The notes beneath the pieces are model-generated. The model was not told where the DNA came from, searched no databases, and was given only the letters and a program-made list of their open reading frames with translations. Made by a program: the position numbers and the translations under genes. A stretch of DNA of 64,000 nucleotides, from positions 37,324,001 to 37,388,000 of the forward strand of contig NC_043002.1 of assembly GCF_006345805.1 (NCBI RefSeq), given 5' to 3'. Shown here piece by piece: positions 38,660 to 51,230 of the stretch; the first letter of the stretch is position 1; every line of letters starts with the position of its first letter. The stretch comes from Octopus sinensis. Lineage: Eukaryota.

Positions 38660-38890
38660 AGTGGTAGTAGGTTTCTTTATTACCCACACAAGGGGCTAAA
38701 CATAGAGGGGACAAACAAGGACAGACAAACGGATTAAGTCGATTACATCGACCCCAGTGCGTAACTGGTACTTAATTTATCGACCCCGAAAGTTGACCTC
38801 GGTGGAATTTGAACCCAGAATGTAACGACACCTGAAATACGGCTACGCATTTTGCCCGGCATGCTAATGTTTCAGCCAACTCGCCGCCTT
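38660..38890 (-). mobile_element. Family B SINE in a (TAG/TAA)n tract
   Basis: Reverse complement of 36838-37063. Confidence 0.88.
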
Positions 38891-39690
38891 ATAGTAATAG
38901 TAGTAGTAGTAGTAGTCATCGTCGTAGTAGTAGTAGTAGAAGTAAGAAACTGTTATAATAATGAAGGTGAAGTGGTAGGAGATTTTAGTGTTACTGGTTT
39001 CATCTCTACCAATTGTTGAATTTAACAGACACTTCATTATCATTAATTGTTTTTATACCAAATTTCTCATGCTTGTAGGAACTGAACAGAACTTTTTGAA
39101 GCAGTGTTTGACTTCCAGATACCCTTTACAATACCAATGCACTTTAGTCACTGCTTATAACACACAAGAATATAACGTACACATTTTAAAAACTACAGTG
39201 CACACTTCTAAATAGAAAGTTGGTGTTTGTGAAAGATCTGGTTATTCCAAATCAAGCACAGGAAACCTATTTTCAGAAACAGGTCACATGGGACATGTCT
39301 CATCATCAGGTGGACAGGCTACCCAACTAAAAAAAAAAAAAAGAAAAAGAAATCAAGTTAATCTTTTTGTTGGTGTGCCATTCAGAAAGACTCATGGGAT
39401 GTAGTTTGTCCATGAGTGTTTTAAGTGTTGACTGTTTGCTTGAGATTTTTAAACATTTTTTACAATTTAAATGAGAATGTATCAACACGAAATGACCTAA
39501 GCATCGGTAAGGTTTGATCTTAATCTTTAAATCATCTTAAACCTTTGAAAGTCAACCACTAGCAAGAAACACCAAGGCCTTGCCAAACACAAGACAATGT
39601 AAGTGAGAAGACACAGAGCTAAAATCAATACAATATATTTGACTATATGAATTTGTATAATACCAGCAATTCTTCTTCTTCCTCCTTCAG

Positions 39691-39724
<34 letters not shown>

Positions 39725-40665
39725 CGCCACTACTACTACTACTACTACTATAAAAAAACATTACTTATTATGAAGGATTTTCTATATTAATCATTCATTC
39801 TTGTAATACCACATCAAAACTTTAACATCAAAGAAACTGCAACACTATATTAACTACAGATGATACAGTTATTGTTTGAGTTGAGAGAGTTAACACCCCA
39901 CAAGGTCTTATTCATCAGTTGAACTGCTTGAAATAACAACTTATTCTCCCTCAGAGTAATCTCTTTTCCTTCCATTTTTCCGTCGTTTTCTCCTCAGCTT
40001 TCTCTCCACCCCACCCTGCTATACCACATCTACCATATTCCTGTTCAATCCTCTTATGAATAAGTAACATCTAGCTGTATACTACTGTCTCTCTTCCACT
40101 ACTCCCTCTCCTACCATCCTTTCTCCTTTATTATTCTGTGTCCCTTCTCATGTTCTCCTTTTGCTCTCTAGGCCTAGTTCTAATGTTATTGTTCTTCTGT
40201 TCAATCTCAAGTCACATTGCCTTCAGCAAACAGAGTCAGTGTAGAGTCGTGAAAATTTCCTAGTCATGCAGGAGATAAAGGAACCTCTGTAGTGTTGGTG
40301 CCACCATAAAATGCATACAGTACATTTTATATTTTGTTTGATACCAGTCAGGGCGTCCAGTCATAGAAGTCAAATGAAAAATGAAAAATGTACTTGAGTT
40401 GAAGTTGTGACCTATCTAGTAGAGACAGTAACACTAAATAAGAACTCAGATCACTACAATATGTTCCACTGATGTCAGCATTAGTCATGAATACAAAACG
40501 ATGACGATGATATTTATATATATATGTGTGGAGGTGCGTGGCTTAGTGGTTGGGGTGTTGGACTCATGATTGTAAATTTGCATGTTGTGTTCTTTTGGTT
40601 TTATATATATATTTGGCGATTTATTTTCCTCCGTCTTCTCTTCTCTGGATCTTTCCTTTTCCTAT

Positions 40666-40700
40666 GTTTCTGATGAAGAACTCCGCTCGAAACGTTAAAC
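40666..40700 (+). ncRNA. Minimal hammerhead ribozyme in a Penelope-like fragment (40590-40790)
   Basis: GTTT-CTGATGA-A-GAACtccGCTC-GAAA-CGTT-AAAC; one mismatch in stem II; palindromic AACGTT; triplet GUU. Confidence 0.65.
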
Positions 40701-40936
40701 CCTCCTTCTTCCCTTCCTTCCTGAGCGTCCAATAATACTATATTTGTTCCATGTCCTCGCATTGTTGTGTTTTCATGTTTGGATTAACTTTATATATATA
40801 TATGTATATATATATACATATATGTACATATATATATGTATGTGGCTTGTCAGCTCTGGTCAAACTGTCCAATCCATACCAGTATAGAAAACAGACTTTA
40901 AAGGATGATGATGATAATGATGATGATATATGTATA

Positions 40937-40970
<34 letters not shown>

Positions 40971-43900
40971 AGTATTTATATATATATACAAGTATTTATT
41001 TCTCTATTTCTCTTTTAACATATGTGTGTGTGTGTGCATCGGTCTAATAAAATATATATCATCTGTCTAAACCACATAAAACCTTGTTCAATTAGTAATT
41101 TTATAAATAGCCAAAGTTTATCGATGAATGATGACTGGAATGTGCCAAAGAAAAATTAAGTGGTCTTGAATAAGCCATAATAATACTTAAATACTCAGAG
41201 AGAAAGTTTCTTCTACAGATAAACTGTTCCACACGAAGTTGGTGTTTATCTGAAATCATTAATTTAACAGGTGTTATCAGAAGATTTCACTTTTTGTTCT
41301 AGAATGAGCCTTTTCGTAATTCAGGTTAATTTCATAAAGATTAGTGTTAATTGTTCATTACTGAGAAAGAGAAAACAGTACAGAGAGAAAAGAACTGAGA
41401 GATAGAGAGAGAGAGAGAAGGAGGACTGAACTGAAGAGAGAGAGAGAGAGAGAGAGAGAAAATTGTTGAAGAAATACATAAGAACTAAAGAAAAAGAGGA
41501 CAGGAGACAAAACGAGGGAGAAAGAAAGAGAGGTAAAGTGTGTGAAAGAAAAAAGAACTTGTGGGTGTGTTTAGCAAGAAATACAACAAAAGTTAAGCAG
41601 AAATGCAAATGAAATATAATGTGCAAAGACTAGAGGAAGTTTGTTATATTGTACACTTATTTTTTAGAAGCAAGTACATTAGTATCAAGAAATCTTTCTT
41701 TGATACTGAGGTTGATTCAAAGAAAAGCAATTAACCGTTAACCAAATGACATAGTTATATTGTGATGAACTTCTGTCTTCAAAACTTCACAGTAGTTTTA
41801 CAAGATTCCTTAGTTTTTCCTCATCAAAGTAGCTTACAGAAGCATTCTTAAATGCATGAACAAGCAAGCTATAAAGTTTCTATATATCCACATTATGATA
41901 ATAAATATTGCCAATATCAATCTGCTATATATGATATAACACATCAATATTTACTGCCCAAAACTGTCAGTCAAGTACTCACTTCCTAAGAAGTATATTA
42001 CACAAAGCCATATAAAAGAAGAAATTACCTGACAGAACTATCCAAGCCACCAGACAGTTTGAAGGGCATTTACAGTTCCGATAACCATGAAAATTTGCAT
42101 TTTTTTGTTAAAGTTTCTTTAAAGTACAAGTATTATCCATGCAAGCATGACTGTCTAGTTAAGGAGCTCACTTTGTAACTGTATGGTTTCAGGTTCGGTT
42201 TCACCATGCAGCAGCTTGGGCAAATGTCTTCTACTATATCTTAAGGTCAATCAAAGCCTTGTGAAGGAATTTGGTAGATGGAAACTGTGTGGAAGCCTCT
42301 TGTGTATGTATGTACATATATTCATCTGTGTGTTTGTTTCCTGCTACCACTGTTCAACAACCAGTGTTGATTTGTTAAGTCACAAAAAAAAAATTACTCT
42401 ATAAGGACTTTTGAAATATAAGAAAGCCATAACTCATTCAGAGTATCTGGTAGGTTGATGATTTGCATGGCTTAACACCATAACCATGTTGTTTAAATTG
42501 GACCATACTGTCTCATCATTATTGTAATTTAGAACTCTAATCACCAGAGGTTGCGGCCAGCTATTTCAATGGCAGACCAGTAATCATAAAAGGGTAAATA
42601 ATCCTATGGAAAAATATAGTTATTAAATATTTTCTAAGAAAGAATTAACTCTTGATTTTGTTAAAAAAATTGCTTTTACACTTTAAATGGACAGCTTTAA
42701 TTTTCTATGAAATCATATATGATTCTGTAAATGGATAATCCACAGTGATCTCTTATTTAGTTTGCTCCATTTATGGTGAATGCATTCGCTTATCACAAAC
42801 AAATGGACTTACTTGGTGAAAAAATATGTTAACATGTTTTTTTAATTAAATATACACATGGATGGCATAATTATAATTTATGATAAACTGATATTTAAAA
42901 ATGATATAAAACAATATGTAACTTAGCAATGTTAATTGAAAATAAATTGACAGTAGATTGAAATGGTGAATAGGAAGAGTTGCTGTTTGTTCCAGTTTTA
43001 TATGCTGTGGGTTGCTTGAAGGTGAGCTTTATGTTTGTTTTTCTTTGTTTTGGGTTTTTTTTTTGCTTTCTTTCAGAATTGATAAATTCAGTATCAATCT
43101 AGGGTAGAGGGTTGGTTAAACCATTAAAACAGTGTCTGTTGAGCTCTTTGTTTTGAGTTCAAATTCAACTCAAATATCAATGGCCAAATATCAATAACTA
43201 ACCACCCAACTGTGGGATCACTCCATCCAATCCATAATTCACCGGTATGGATAGGTAAATCTGTAAGTATTGTAGATAAGTTGACAACAGCAAGCTGAGA
43301 CTTCATTCAGCAATGGATTAACACAGGTTCAGAATGGAAAGGTTCAGACTAAAATTTAAAACATTATCATGCATGTGAAGAAGACATAACTAAATTATTT
43401 TTAAAAAATTATATTTTGTTGTTAAAAGTAAGAACAGCAGTTCACTTTATTAGATAACTAACATTTTATGCTTCTACGGACAGGCAGAAGTTTCTTTAGG
43501 CTCATTAAAAACTAAAAAATATCTAGAAGTCTAAATGTTATCATTTTATTTTAAATAATATTGAAATCCAAGTGATTAATAAAGTAAAAATATTTTTAAA
43601 AATATAAAATCTTTCATATGGATGAGTAATACACACAAACACGTGCATGCATGCGCACACATACACACACACATGCAAATGAATTAATGATTTCACTTAC
43701 AAAATAATACAGAAAAAAAAAACCCCAGAAAATTATCCAATTTATTTAAATTTTACTTTAAAATAAACTTTCGGCAAAACATCCAGCAAGTGAATATTAA
43801 AAATTTTATTTTAAATGTAAAGAAACATCCAAGTGTATTAAATACATTGGTCCCACAGATAAGAACCAATAAAACATATTTGTCAATATCTATGGTCTTG

Positions 43901-43999
43901 TGTGAAAGATAGAAGTCCTTTATGCATTTTTATTTTGTAGGTATCATCCGAAATATAGGAACTGGTTTCAGAATTCTATACTCATGAGAATTTTAAAGT

Positions 44000-44140
44000 C
44001 ACCTGGATCACCTGAATCAGCCTGGCTGTCTGGTGCCAAGTTGGATCTGCTGGCCACATCATTTCCTCCATTCCCTTCATGCTCTTGCCAATCTCCTCCA
44101 TGTTGTTCCAAACATTTTTCTTAAACCATCTTCCCACCAG
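44000..44140 (-). mobile_element. Old RTE 3'-end remnant
   Basis: LARA*REWRK*CG followed by a frameshifted ADPT, resembling RTE terminal LA.DR..WR..I..ADP. Confidence 0.4.
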
Positions 44141-44369
44141 GTTGCAATTGTAAAGTATGACCACTAATTTTGTGTTAGGGGATATAATTTCACCTTTACA
44201 GAAATTTGGACATTGTTTAAGAATTTTGAAGTAAAGAATTATGATACATATGGAATAATATTTAGGAATAATATATATTTGGTATTAATGTAGGATCTCT
44301 AGAGTTATGTTACTTTATAGGATGTGTAGCATGGAGGTCGGAGAGGGTCTCCAAGTTGGGTTGTAACTT

Positions 44370-44620
44370 CACTGAGATGTCAGAGCTTTGGTACTCTGGA
44401 CATGTGCTCAGAATGAAACAGAAAAGAATCACAACACAGTTTCTTCAACTGGAGCCAACTGGTGGGAGACCTAGGAGCAGATTGTGAGTGAGGTCTTTGG
44501 ATTATATCCATACTCCCAGTTAGTTATGCTTGGGAATCTAGCAGGAAAGTTTAATGATGGTTGCTTCTGATAAGATCAATGGAGGAGGTTCCTGAGGACT
44601 CTACCTCATACCATGACTGT
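44370..44620 (+). mobile_element. RTE LINE remnant
   Basis: LWYSGHVLRMKQKRITTQFLQLEPTGGRPRSRL*VRSLDYIH..LGI..ESLMMVASD matches RTE LRWFGHV.RM..ER....L...PTG.RPRGRP. Confidence 0.75.
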
Positions 44621-45100
44621 CACTGCAGTAGTAGGAAACAAAAATGGGTGTATGGATGTGTCTCTATTGACTGTATGTGCTATTGTGTAGATTATTGTTC
44701 TCTTGCCACTACTGTTCGATTTACCAGTGGCTTCCTGGTGGTGTTGGATTGTGTCTGTGGGCATCCTGTAGTGAGAAGGCATAACACAAGGATGACCTGT
44801 CACCAGTCGTGTATGGTGGCTTATGAATACAGACAAGGACTGTTTCCATGGATTCTGATCATCCCTTGAAACTCCTATGAACTTACAGCAGTGCAGTGAA
44901 CTCAACAAGGAGCTGGCTTAACCACTCTTGGGTGAATGCTGTTACAAGACAAGACAAAAAGAGTGATGGATCTAACTTTTACAAACATACAGCACATACG
45001 GTACAGTGTTATATCATTATGTAAGATGACTAGGAAGAGGCCAATAAGTGGAAAGAAAGGCAATCATATACAAAGGAGTTGCAAAGGGATTAAATTAGAT

Positions 45101-45200
45101 CAGGGTTTCTCAACTTTTTTACCCTTGCATAACCCTTAAAATAAATTACATGTCTCAAGGAACCCCTGCACAAAAAAAATTTATATACCATATCTTTCTC
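45101..45200 (+). mobile_element. Left end of a hAT-Charlie-like element (no right end found)
   Basis: cagggtttctcaact...ggaacccctg is a Charlie-like terminus; followed by RTE and Penelope insertions. Confidence 0.4.
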
Positions 45201-45543
45201 TTAATTTTTCATCACACTTCACATGGTAAATATATATATATATATCATCATTATCATCATTATCATCATTTAATGTCCGCTTTCCATGCTGGCATGGGTT
45301 GCACGGTTCAACTGGGGTCTGGGAAGCCAGAAGGCTGCACCAGGCCCAGTCTGATCTGGCAGTGTTTCTACAGCTGGATGCCCTTCCTAATGCCAACCAC
45401 TCCGTGAGTGTGGTGGGTGCTTTTTACGTGCCACCGGCACAGGTGCCAGACGAGGCTGGCAAACGGCCACAATTGGATGGTGCTTTGCGTAATGAGATAA
45501 AGAAAAACAAGGCTGTGTAGGTATTAGAACATTTATAGATAGG

Positions 45544-45594
45544 TCTTACAGCTGTTTCCAGGATATTTATTAATTATATCCCTTCATCGGAGAT
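45544..45594 (-). ncRNA. Variant minimal hammerhead (CCGAUGA core) in a Penelope-like fragment (45490-45690)
   Basis: TCT-CCGATGA-A-GGGATAT-loop-ATATCCT-G-GAAA-CAGCTG-TA-AGA; palindromic ACAGCTGT; triplet GUA. Confidence 0.55.
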
Positions 45595-46289
45595 GGTGTG
45601 AGAGGATGGTTATGTAATAACTTTAGATAGGATACAAAATAGAGAGTGAGGTGGAGGAAAGAAAATAGATGTGAGATATATAGGGATATTACATTAGATG
45701 TTAAACCTGATGCTTACAAAGGTTTCATGAAAGGAATAACTCATTCTTATCGCAAAAACAGTAGGAACTATATGTGACAACTGAAGCAAAATCAAGTAAA
45801 ATGGTAAAGCACCTACTCTGATGCGGAGACATTGTTTTGCTTTCCATAAAACTGATGAGACACTTACTATATTCCTCAGTGTGTGGATTAATGATAAAAC
45901 TGTACCATTAAACATGATATTCATTCAAATGAAAAATAAAAAACTTTATTCTAATGTATATCTTTTCCAATGTTCAAATGCTTTTATGTACTGCATATGT
46001 TTAAAATAGCTGTTTTTGTGCATAAAGCAGTGGTATTGTTTGGTTTTGTTCTTTTTTATTTCTCCAAAATTCTTTAGGAATGCATCTCATTTTGTATTCA
46101 GTGAAAATTAATAAAAACAAGCAAAATAGAAAATATAGACTTCCATATTTCAGAAATGCAACCTCTCCATAATATGAGAAATTGCTGTGCTTCAATCACT
46201 CAGTTCAGTCTGCTGCCAGAGTATTAGTCAACAGGCTGTTTCATAATACACACACACACATATAGACTGTCCAACACATGTCCAACACA

Positions 46290-46810
46290 TGTACATTGTT
46301 TTGTCTTGGTATAAAAGATGGGCTACAGCAAATATTCTGCTCTATACCAGATTTGCTTGTCAGTTGTTTGACCTTAACCAGTTGAGCATGTCCCTTAGTG
46401 GCTGACGATATGTGCAATCTCTGATCATGAGCAGAAGTAGTGGGGGAGCAACATAGCCATGTGTTGAGAGGGATTCTTTGGTGTTTGAATAATTCACCTC
46501 TGGAAACATGGGTGTTTCATTCAACATTCTTAAACAACCCTTATTCAGGGACCTTTCGACCATGATGGGTTACTCGACCAGAAAAAAATTCTAACTGGGC
46601 CCCACCTGCAAGGTCATGCACTGTTTATCTTGATATGAGATCACCATGTTGTGCACATATGGTTGTGATGCATGTGCCTAGTGTACCCTTATCAGACGGG
46701 TACCCCAGTGTCACTTTGATGGCATGCACTGCTCTCTCATTAAATAATGATAATAATAATAATAATAAGAAGAAGAAGAAGAAGAATTAATATTATTATT
46801 ATTATTATTA
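46290..46810 (+). mobile_element. Interspersed retroelement 3' region with (AAT)n tail
   Basis: Shares its 3' end with 15615-15845. Confidence 0.7.
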
Positions 46811-46863
46811 TAACATCGAAAAATGCCTTAGGAATGAGAACCCAGGTTCAAAATTTCCCCAAG

Positions 46864-46907
46864 ACACCTGATGAAGGCTGGAGGGTATATCAGCTGAAAC
46901 GTTGTGT
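46864..46907 (+). ncRNA. Minimal type-I hammerhead ribozyme in a Penelope-like fragment (46810-46965)
   Basis: ACAC-CTGATGA-A-GGCTG-gagggtatat-CAGCT-GAAA-CGTT-GTGT; palindromic AACGTT; triplet GUU. Confidence 0.8.
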
Positions 46908-47624
46908 TAACTACAAACAAGATGTAGACAAGTATCTGTTAAATGTAAATAATGTAAATAATGTATGTATACATATATATACATGTATGTATACATATGT
47001 ATGTATATGTATATACATGCATATGCATATATATATTTGTATACACACACATACACACACACATATATACATGTATACATGTATGCATTTATGTGTGTAT
47101 GCATAAGTAGTCTATAGTAAAGTTATTAAAACTCTCTTAATGATATTTCTGTGAGTTTATTTCTCATAATTAGCATTATGTAATGTGAACAACTTATTCA
47201 ATCAAAATATGAAAGCTTTTTAATATATACAGTAGTTAATTTTGCAACAGTTGATGATGTGTATTTTAAATTTTTGAAATGATTTGAACCAATCTAGACA
47301 CAAAGCAAATAAAGTAAGGAAGTTTAACATTATTTCAAACTGCTTAAATTGGTTACATTTAATTGGAATAATGGCTGGAAAACAAGATGTTGGAAAGTCA
47401 AAACTTATTCAACTCATTAGGAAGATAAGATCACTTGATGACTAATCGATACAAAAGCAAGATTCTAGAACATGTGTCCTTTCCATGTTAATTAATATAT
47501 ATGCATATAACTTTTATGCATGCTTTATATCACAGCATCACAATGATATCATTTATATAAAATGTATTTCTGTTTATTATTTAACAAAAATAAAAATGAA
47601 ATAAATGAAAATTGATAATGATAA

Positions 47625-48080
47625 TAATAATCAATTCTACTAAAGGCACAAGGCCTGGAATTTCTGCCAGGAGACTAGTTGATTACACCGATCCCAGTGT
47701 TTCACTGGTACTTAATTTATTTACCCCGAAAGGATGAAAGGCAAAGATGACCGCAGTAGAATCTGAACTCGGAACATACAGATGAATGAAATGCCACTAA
47801 GCTTTTTGCCCAGCATGCTTAATGATTCTGCCACCTTACTACCATAATAATAATAATAATAATAATCCTTTCTACTGAAGATACAAAGCCAGAAATTTGG
47901 TGGGGAGGGGACTAGTTGATCACAGTGACCCCAGTATTTTACTTGTCTTTAATTTATCGATCTTGAAAGGATGAACGGCAAAGTTGACCCCAACAGAATT
48001 TAAACTCAGAGCGTAAAGATAGACAAAATGTTGCTAAGCATTTTTGCCTGGTGTGCTAACAATTCTGACAGCTCACCGCC
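47625..48080 (-). mobile_element. Two family B SINEs in (AAT)n (a third at 48490-48655)
   Basis: ccccagtg..ggtacttaatttat..gaaaggatgaaaggcaaag..gaactc repeated. Confidence 0.85.
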
Positions 48081-48127
48081 TTAATATTACTACTACTACT
48101 ACTACTACTACTACTAATAATAATAAT

Positions 48128-48482
48128 TGTAAGGAAACAGAAAAGATTGAGAAATACCAGCCACTGTAGGACAAGATTAGTAAGTAATGGGGCATGAGGA
48201 AAGTAATGGTAATACCGGTGGTAATTGGAGCATTAGGAGCAGTTTCCAAGAGCTTTGAAAAACTTATTAAGAATATTGGAGCTACTCTCAGGCTCGAGGT
48301 GATACAGAAGACAGCCTTGTTGGATACAGCTTGCATTCTAAGGAGAGTATTGTCTCTTTGAGTCACAGGAGAAGGTACTACTTGAAACCTTTGATGATTT
48401 GTTTTTGCCTGCTTTCAAGTAAAGAATAACCGGTAATTAAGAACTATCCGAGAGTCTTTCAGAATAACAACAACAACAACAA
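48128..48482 (+). mobile_element. 5'-truncated R4/Dong-like non-LTR element (RLE C-terminus plus 3' UTR)
   Basis: 48131-48361 KETEKIEKYQPL*DKISK*WGMRKVMVIPVVIGALGAVSKSFEKLIKNIG..IQKTALLDTACILRRVL* is a typical R4/Dong terminus; flanked by (taa)n and (aac/aat)n. Confidence 0.85.
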
Positions 48483-48673
48483 TAATGGTTTCAAATTTTG
48501 GTACAAGGCCAGCAATTTCAGAGGGAGAAGTAAGTCGATTATAAAGACCCCAGTGTTTAACTGGTACAGAATTTGAATGCAAAGCATAAAGATGGACAAA
48601 ATGTTGCTAAGCATTTTGTCCAGCATGGTAATGATTCGGCCAACTTGCCATCTTAATAATAATGATAATAATA

Positions 48674-48717
<44 letters not shown>

Positions 48718-50046
48718 TTAATAGTATCTCCATTAATTCAATTTATATTGATAATTGAGCAATGTACACAGGGTAGTAAGACTATTAATTTCATTTATAT
48801 TTTGCAATATAACTCAATTATTGGTTATTTATTAGTCTTCACACAAGTTGTACCATTATTTTGAATATGTCAAGTGTAGATAAAATTGATTAGTTTTATG
48901 GATATAGAAATAAGCAATAATCAAAGAAGTTATTTTCTCCAACAATTTTAGCATTGGATTGAAAGCTTAATTGGATAAAGAAGCTTACACACACACGTGT
49001 GCATGCACACACACACGCATGCACACACACACGCACACACATATTTGGATTAAACTTAACAGTACCACTGCCTTCAACAATGATATTCACCCTACCTTTA
49101 TCAAATTAGAGGTATTCATTATATTTTTACCAGTCTTAACATATATTCACATACACACACACACACACACACACATACACATGTATTGTGTGCACAGATT
49201 TACTAGAATACATGCAAATTAGGGCTCTAGTACTGAGATTGCCAAATCAGAGACTGATGAAGATAGACTACTCACTGTCTTACAGCCAGGATAATAACAC
49301 TTTCATCTTTCTCTACTTTGTTTTTCCACAGCAATCAAACTTAACAACTTTGCACAGACTCTCCTTTGAATATCAAGTATACATTTGAAAAAAAGAAAAT
49401 ACAGTTAAATATTGAAGTGCTTTGGTTCTCTCAATGAGAAATGAACCAAATTACCTGCTGTTACTGAGCAAATGTGCTAACCATTAGAGAACAATGAAAC
49501 GTTAATGTTTCTATTGCTTGCAGAAATTTTGAGATTTGATTGATTTGGACGAAATCTATTCAACAGTTACATAATTATTATCTAGCATTTCTTTCAACTC
49601 TGATTGTTTTACAAATTAGAGCATTAATGGTGGACCCATTAGATAAATAAGAATCACTTCCCTTTGAAATTCTGATTAAACCTATGTGTCTAACTTTTTA
49701 TTTTCTTGTATTAGACATTCCCTTTTATATTTTGTTGCATCTTGTATTTTTCTTTCCTTATTATAAACTTTCTTCATATGGAACCAGTTTGGCTGTGTGA
49801 TAACAGATTTGATTTGCAGTCACATGGTTTTGGGTACTATTGCACTGCATGGCACTTTGAGTAAGGGTCTCTTGCTATAGACTTGGGCAAACTAAGGCTT
49901 TGTGGGTGGATATAGTAGATGGCTTATCATGTGTGTATACACACACACATATCATCATCATCATCATCATTTAATGTCTACTTTCCATACTATATATACA
50001 TAAACAATTGCAGCATGGAAGGTGTTTATAAGCCATTTAAGAAACA

Positions 50047-50151
50047 CACAAAATCCGTTAGATTCACTTCAACATTTAAATTTAATTCATTGCTTTGAGA
50101 CCACGACCTGTTCATGGACAAAACGTTGAAGAGAATCTAACAGATTTTGTG
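50047..50151. repeat. 27-bp inverted repeat at the end of an interspersed repeat fragment
   Basis: cacaaaatccgttagattcacttcaac / gttgaagagaatctaacagattttgtg (2 mismatches), 51-nt spacer. Confidence 0.8.
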
Positions 50152-51196
50152 CTCAGTCACTTGCACGTTAATAAATGAGCTGTGAGGTCACTGGTGCCAA
50201 GCTGTATTGGCCTTTGCGTTTCCCTTGGAAAGGGGAGGCTGGTATGCATGGGTGACTGTTGGTCTTCCATAAACAACCTTGCCCAAACTTGTGCCTCGGA
50301 GGGTAACTTTCTAGGTGCAATCCCATGGTCATTCATGATTGAAGGGCGTCACAATATATATAGTTCGTATTTGTATTTGGTTTGCGATGAAATAATTATT
50401 TGACAAAAAAAAGAAATGACAACACTAACAAAACTGAACATTTGGGCAATTAACTGTTTGACTAAAGTGTTTAATATATGAGTTTGAAAAACTAGTAAAA
50501 AACAGCTGATCAGTAAATTGGTTAACAGAGTAACTAACCCATTAACTAACAATAAAGGACTGAACCAGTGCGTATGTATATTGGTACTGGCATAATGCCC
50601 CTCCAAAGGTTCAATAGTGTATATATATATACACACACACACACATGTGTGTGTGTGTGTGTGTACATGTGCTCTTTTGTCTGTGTTTATCCCTCCATCA
50701 CCGGTTAACAACCAGTGTCAGTGTGTTTATATGACTGATATAATGAGTACTAGGCTTTGAAAATATAAGTTCTGGGCTTGGTTTATTTGACTAAAACCAT
50801 TCAAGGCACTGCTCCAGCATGGCTGCAGTCAAATGAATGAAACAAGTAAAAGAATAAATGAATACAAGGGAAACCTTTATGTAGTGACATGGCATGCAAA
50901 AAAATGACAACAGAAATTGCTTTGGGAATTGTGTCTGTTTAGCATAAAAAAGTAACCATTAGCCGAAATATAGTTGGAATTTCTTGCATTATATTTTATG
51001 CTTAATAATTTATATTTATACAAGAGTCTGGCATAATATAAATAGTCAAATATAAGCAAGTTTGACTGGATGAGGTGGCACTGTCTAGTTCACTTACACA
51101 GGGAGCATGTCCTGTTCTCATGATAAAAGAATTAATAAGGCCATATTGTACAGATTTACATTAATAATTTGTTACCATTGCTTTCAATAATAGAAG

Positions 51197-51230
<34 letters not shown>

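Noticed and set aside
43940-44130. 62-codon plus-strand frame after a good acceptor (YHPKYRNWFQNSILMR..)
   Set aside because: Most of it is the antisense of an RTE 3' remnant.
44561-44908. Overlapping ~100-aa ORFs on both strands
   Set aside because: They start in the RTE remnant and continue in GC-richer repeat-like sequence, with no recognisable domain or splice signals.
47350-47445. P-loop-like peptide IGIMAGKQDVGKSKLIQLI
   Set aside because: No usable splice sites and a stop follows within a few codons; one or two GxxxxGK[ST] matches are expected by chance in six frames of 64 kb.
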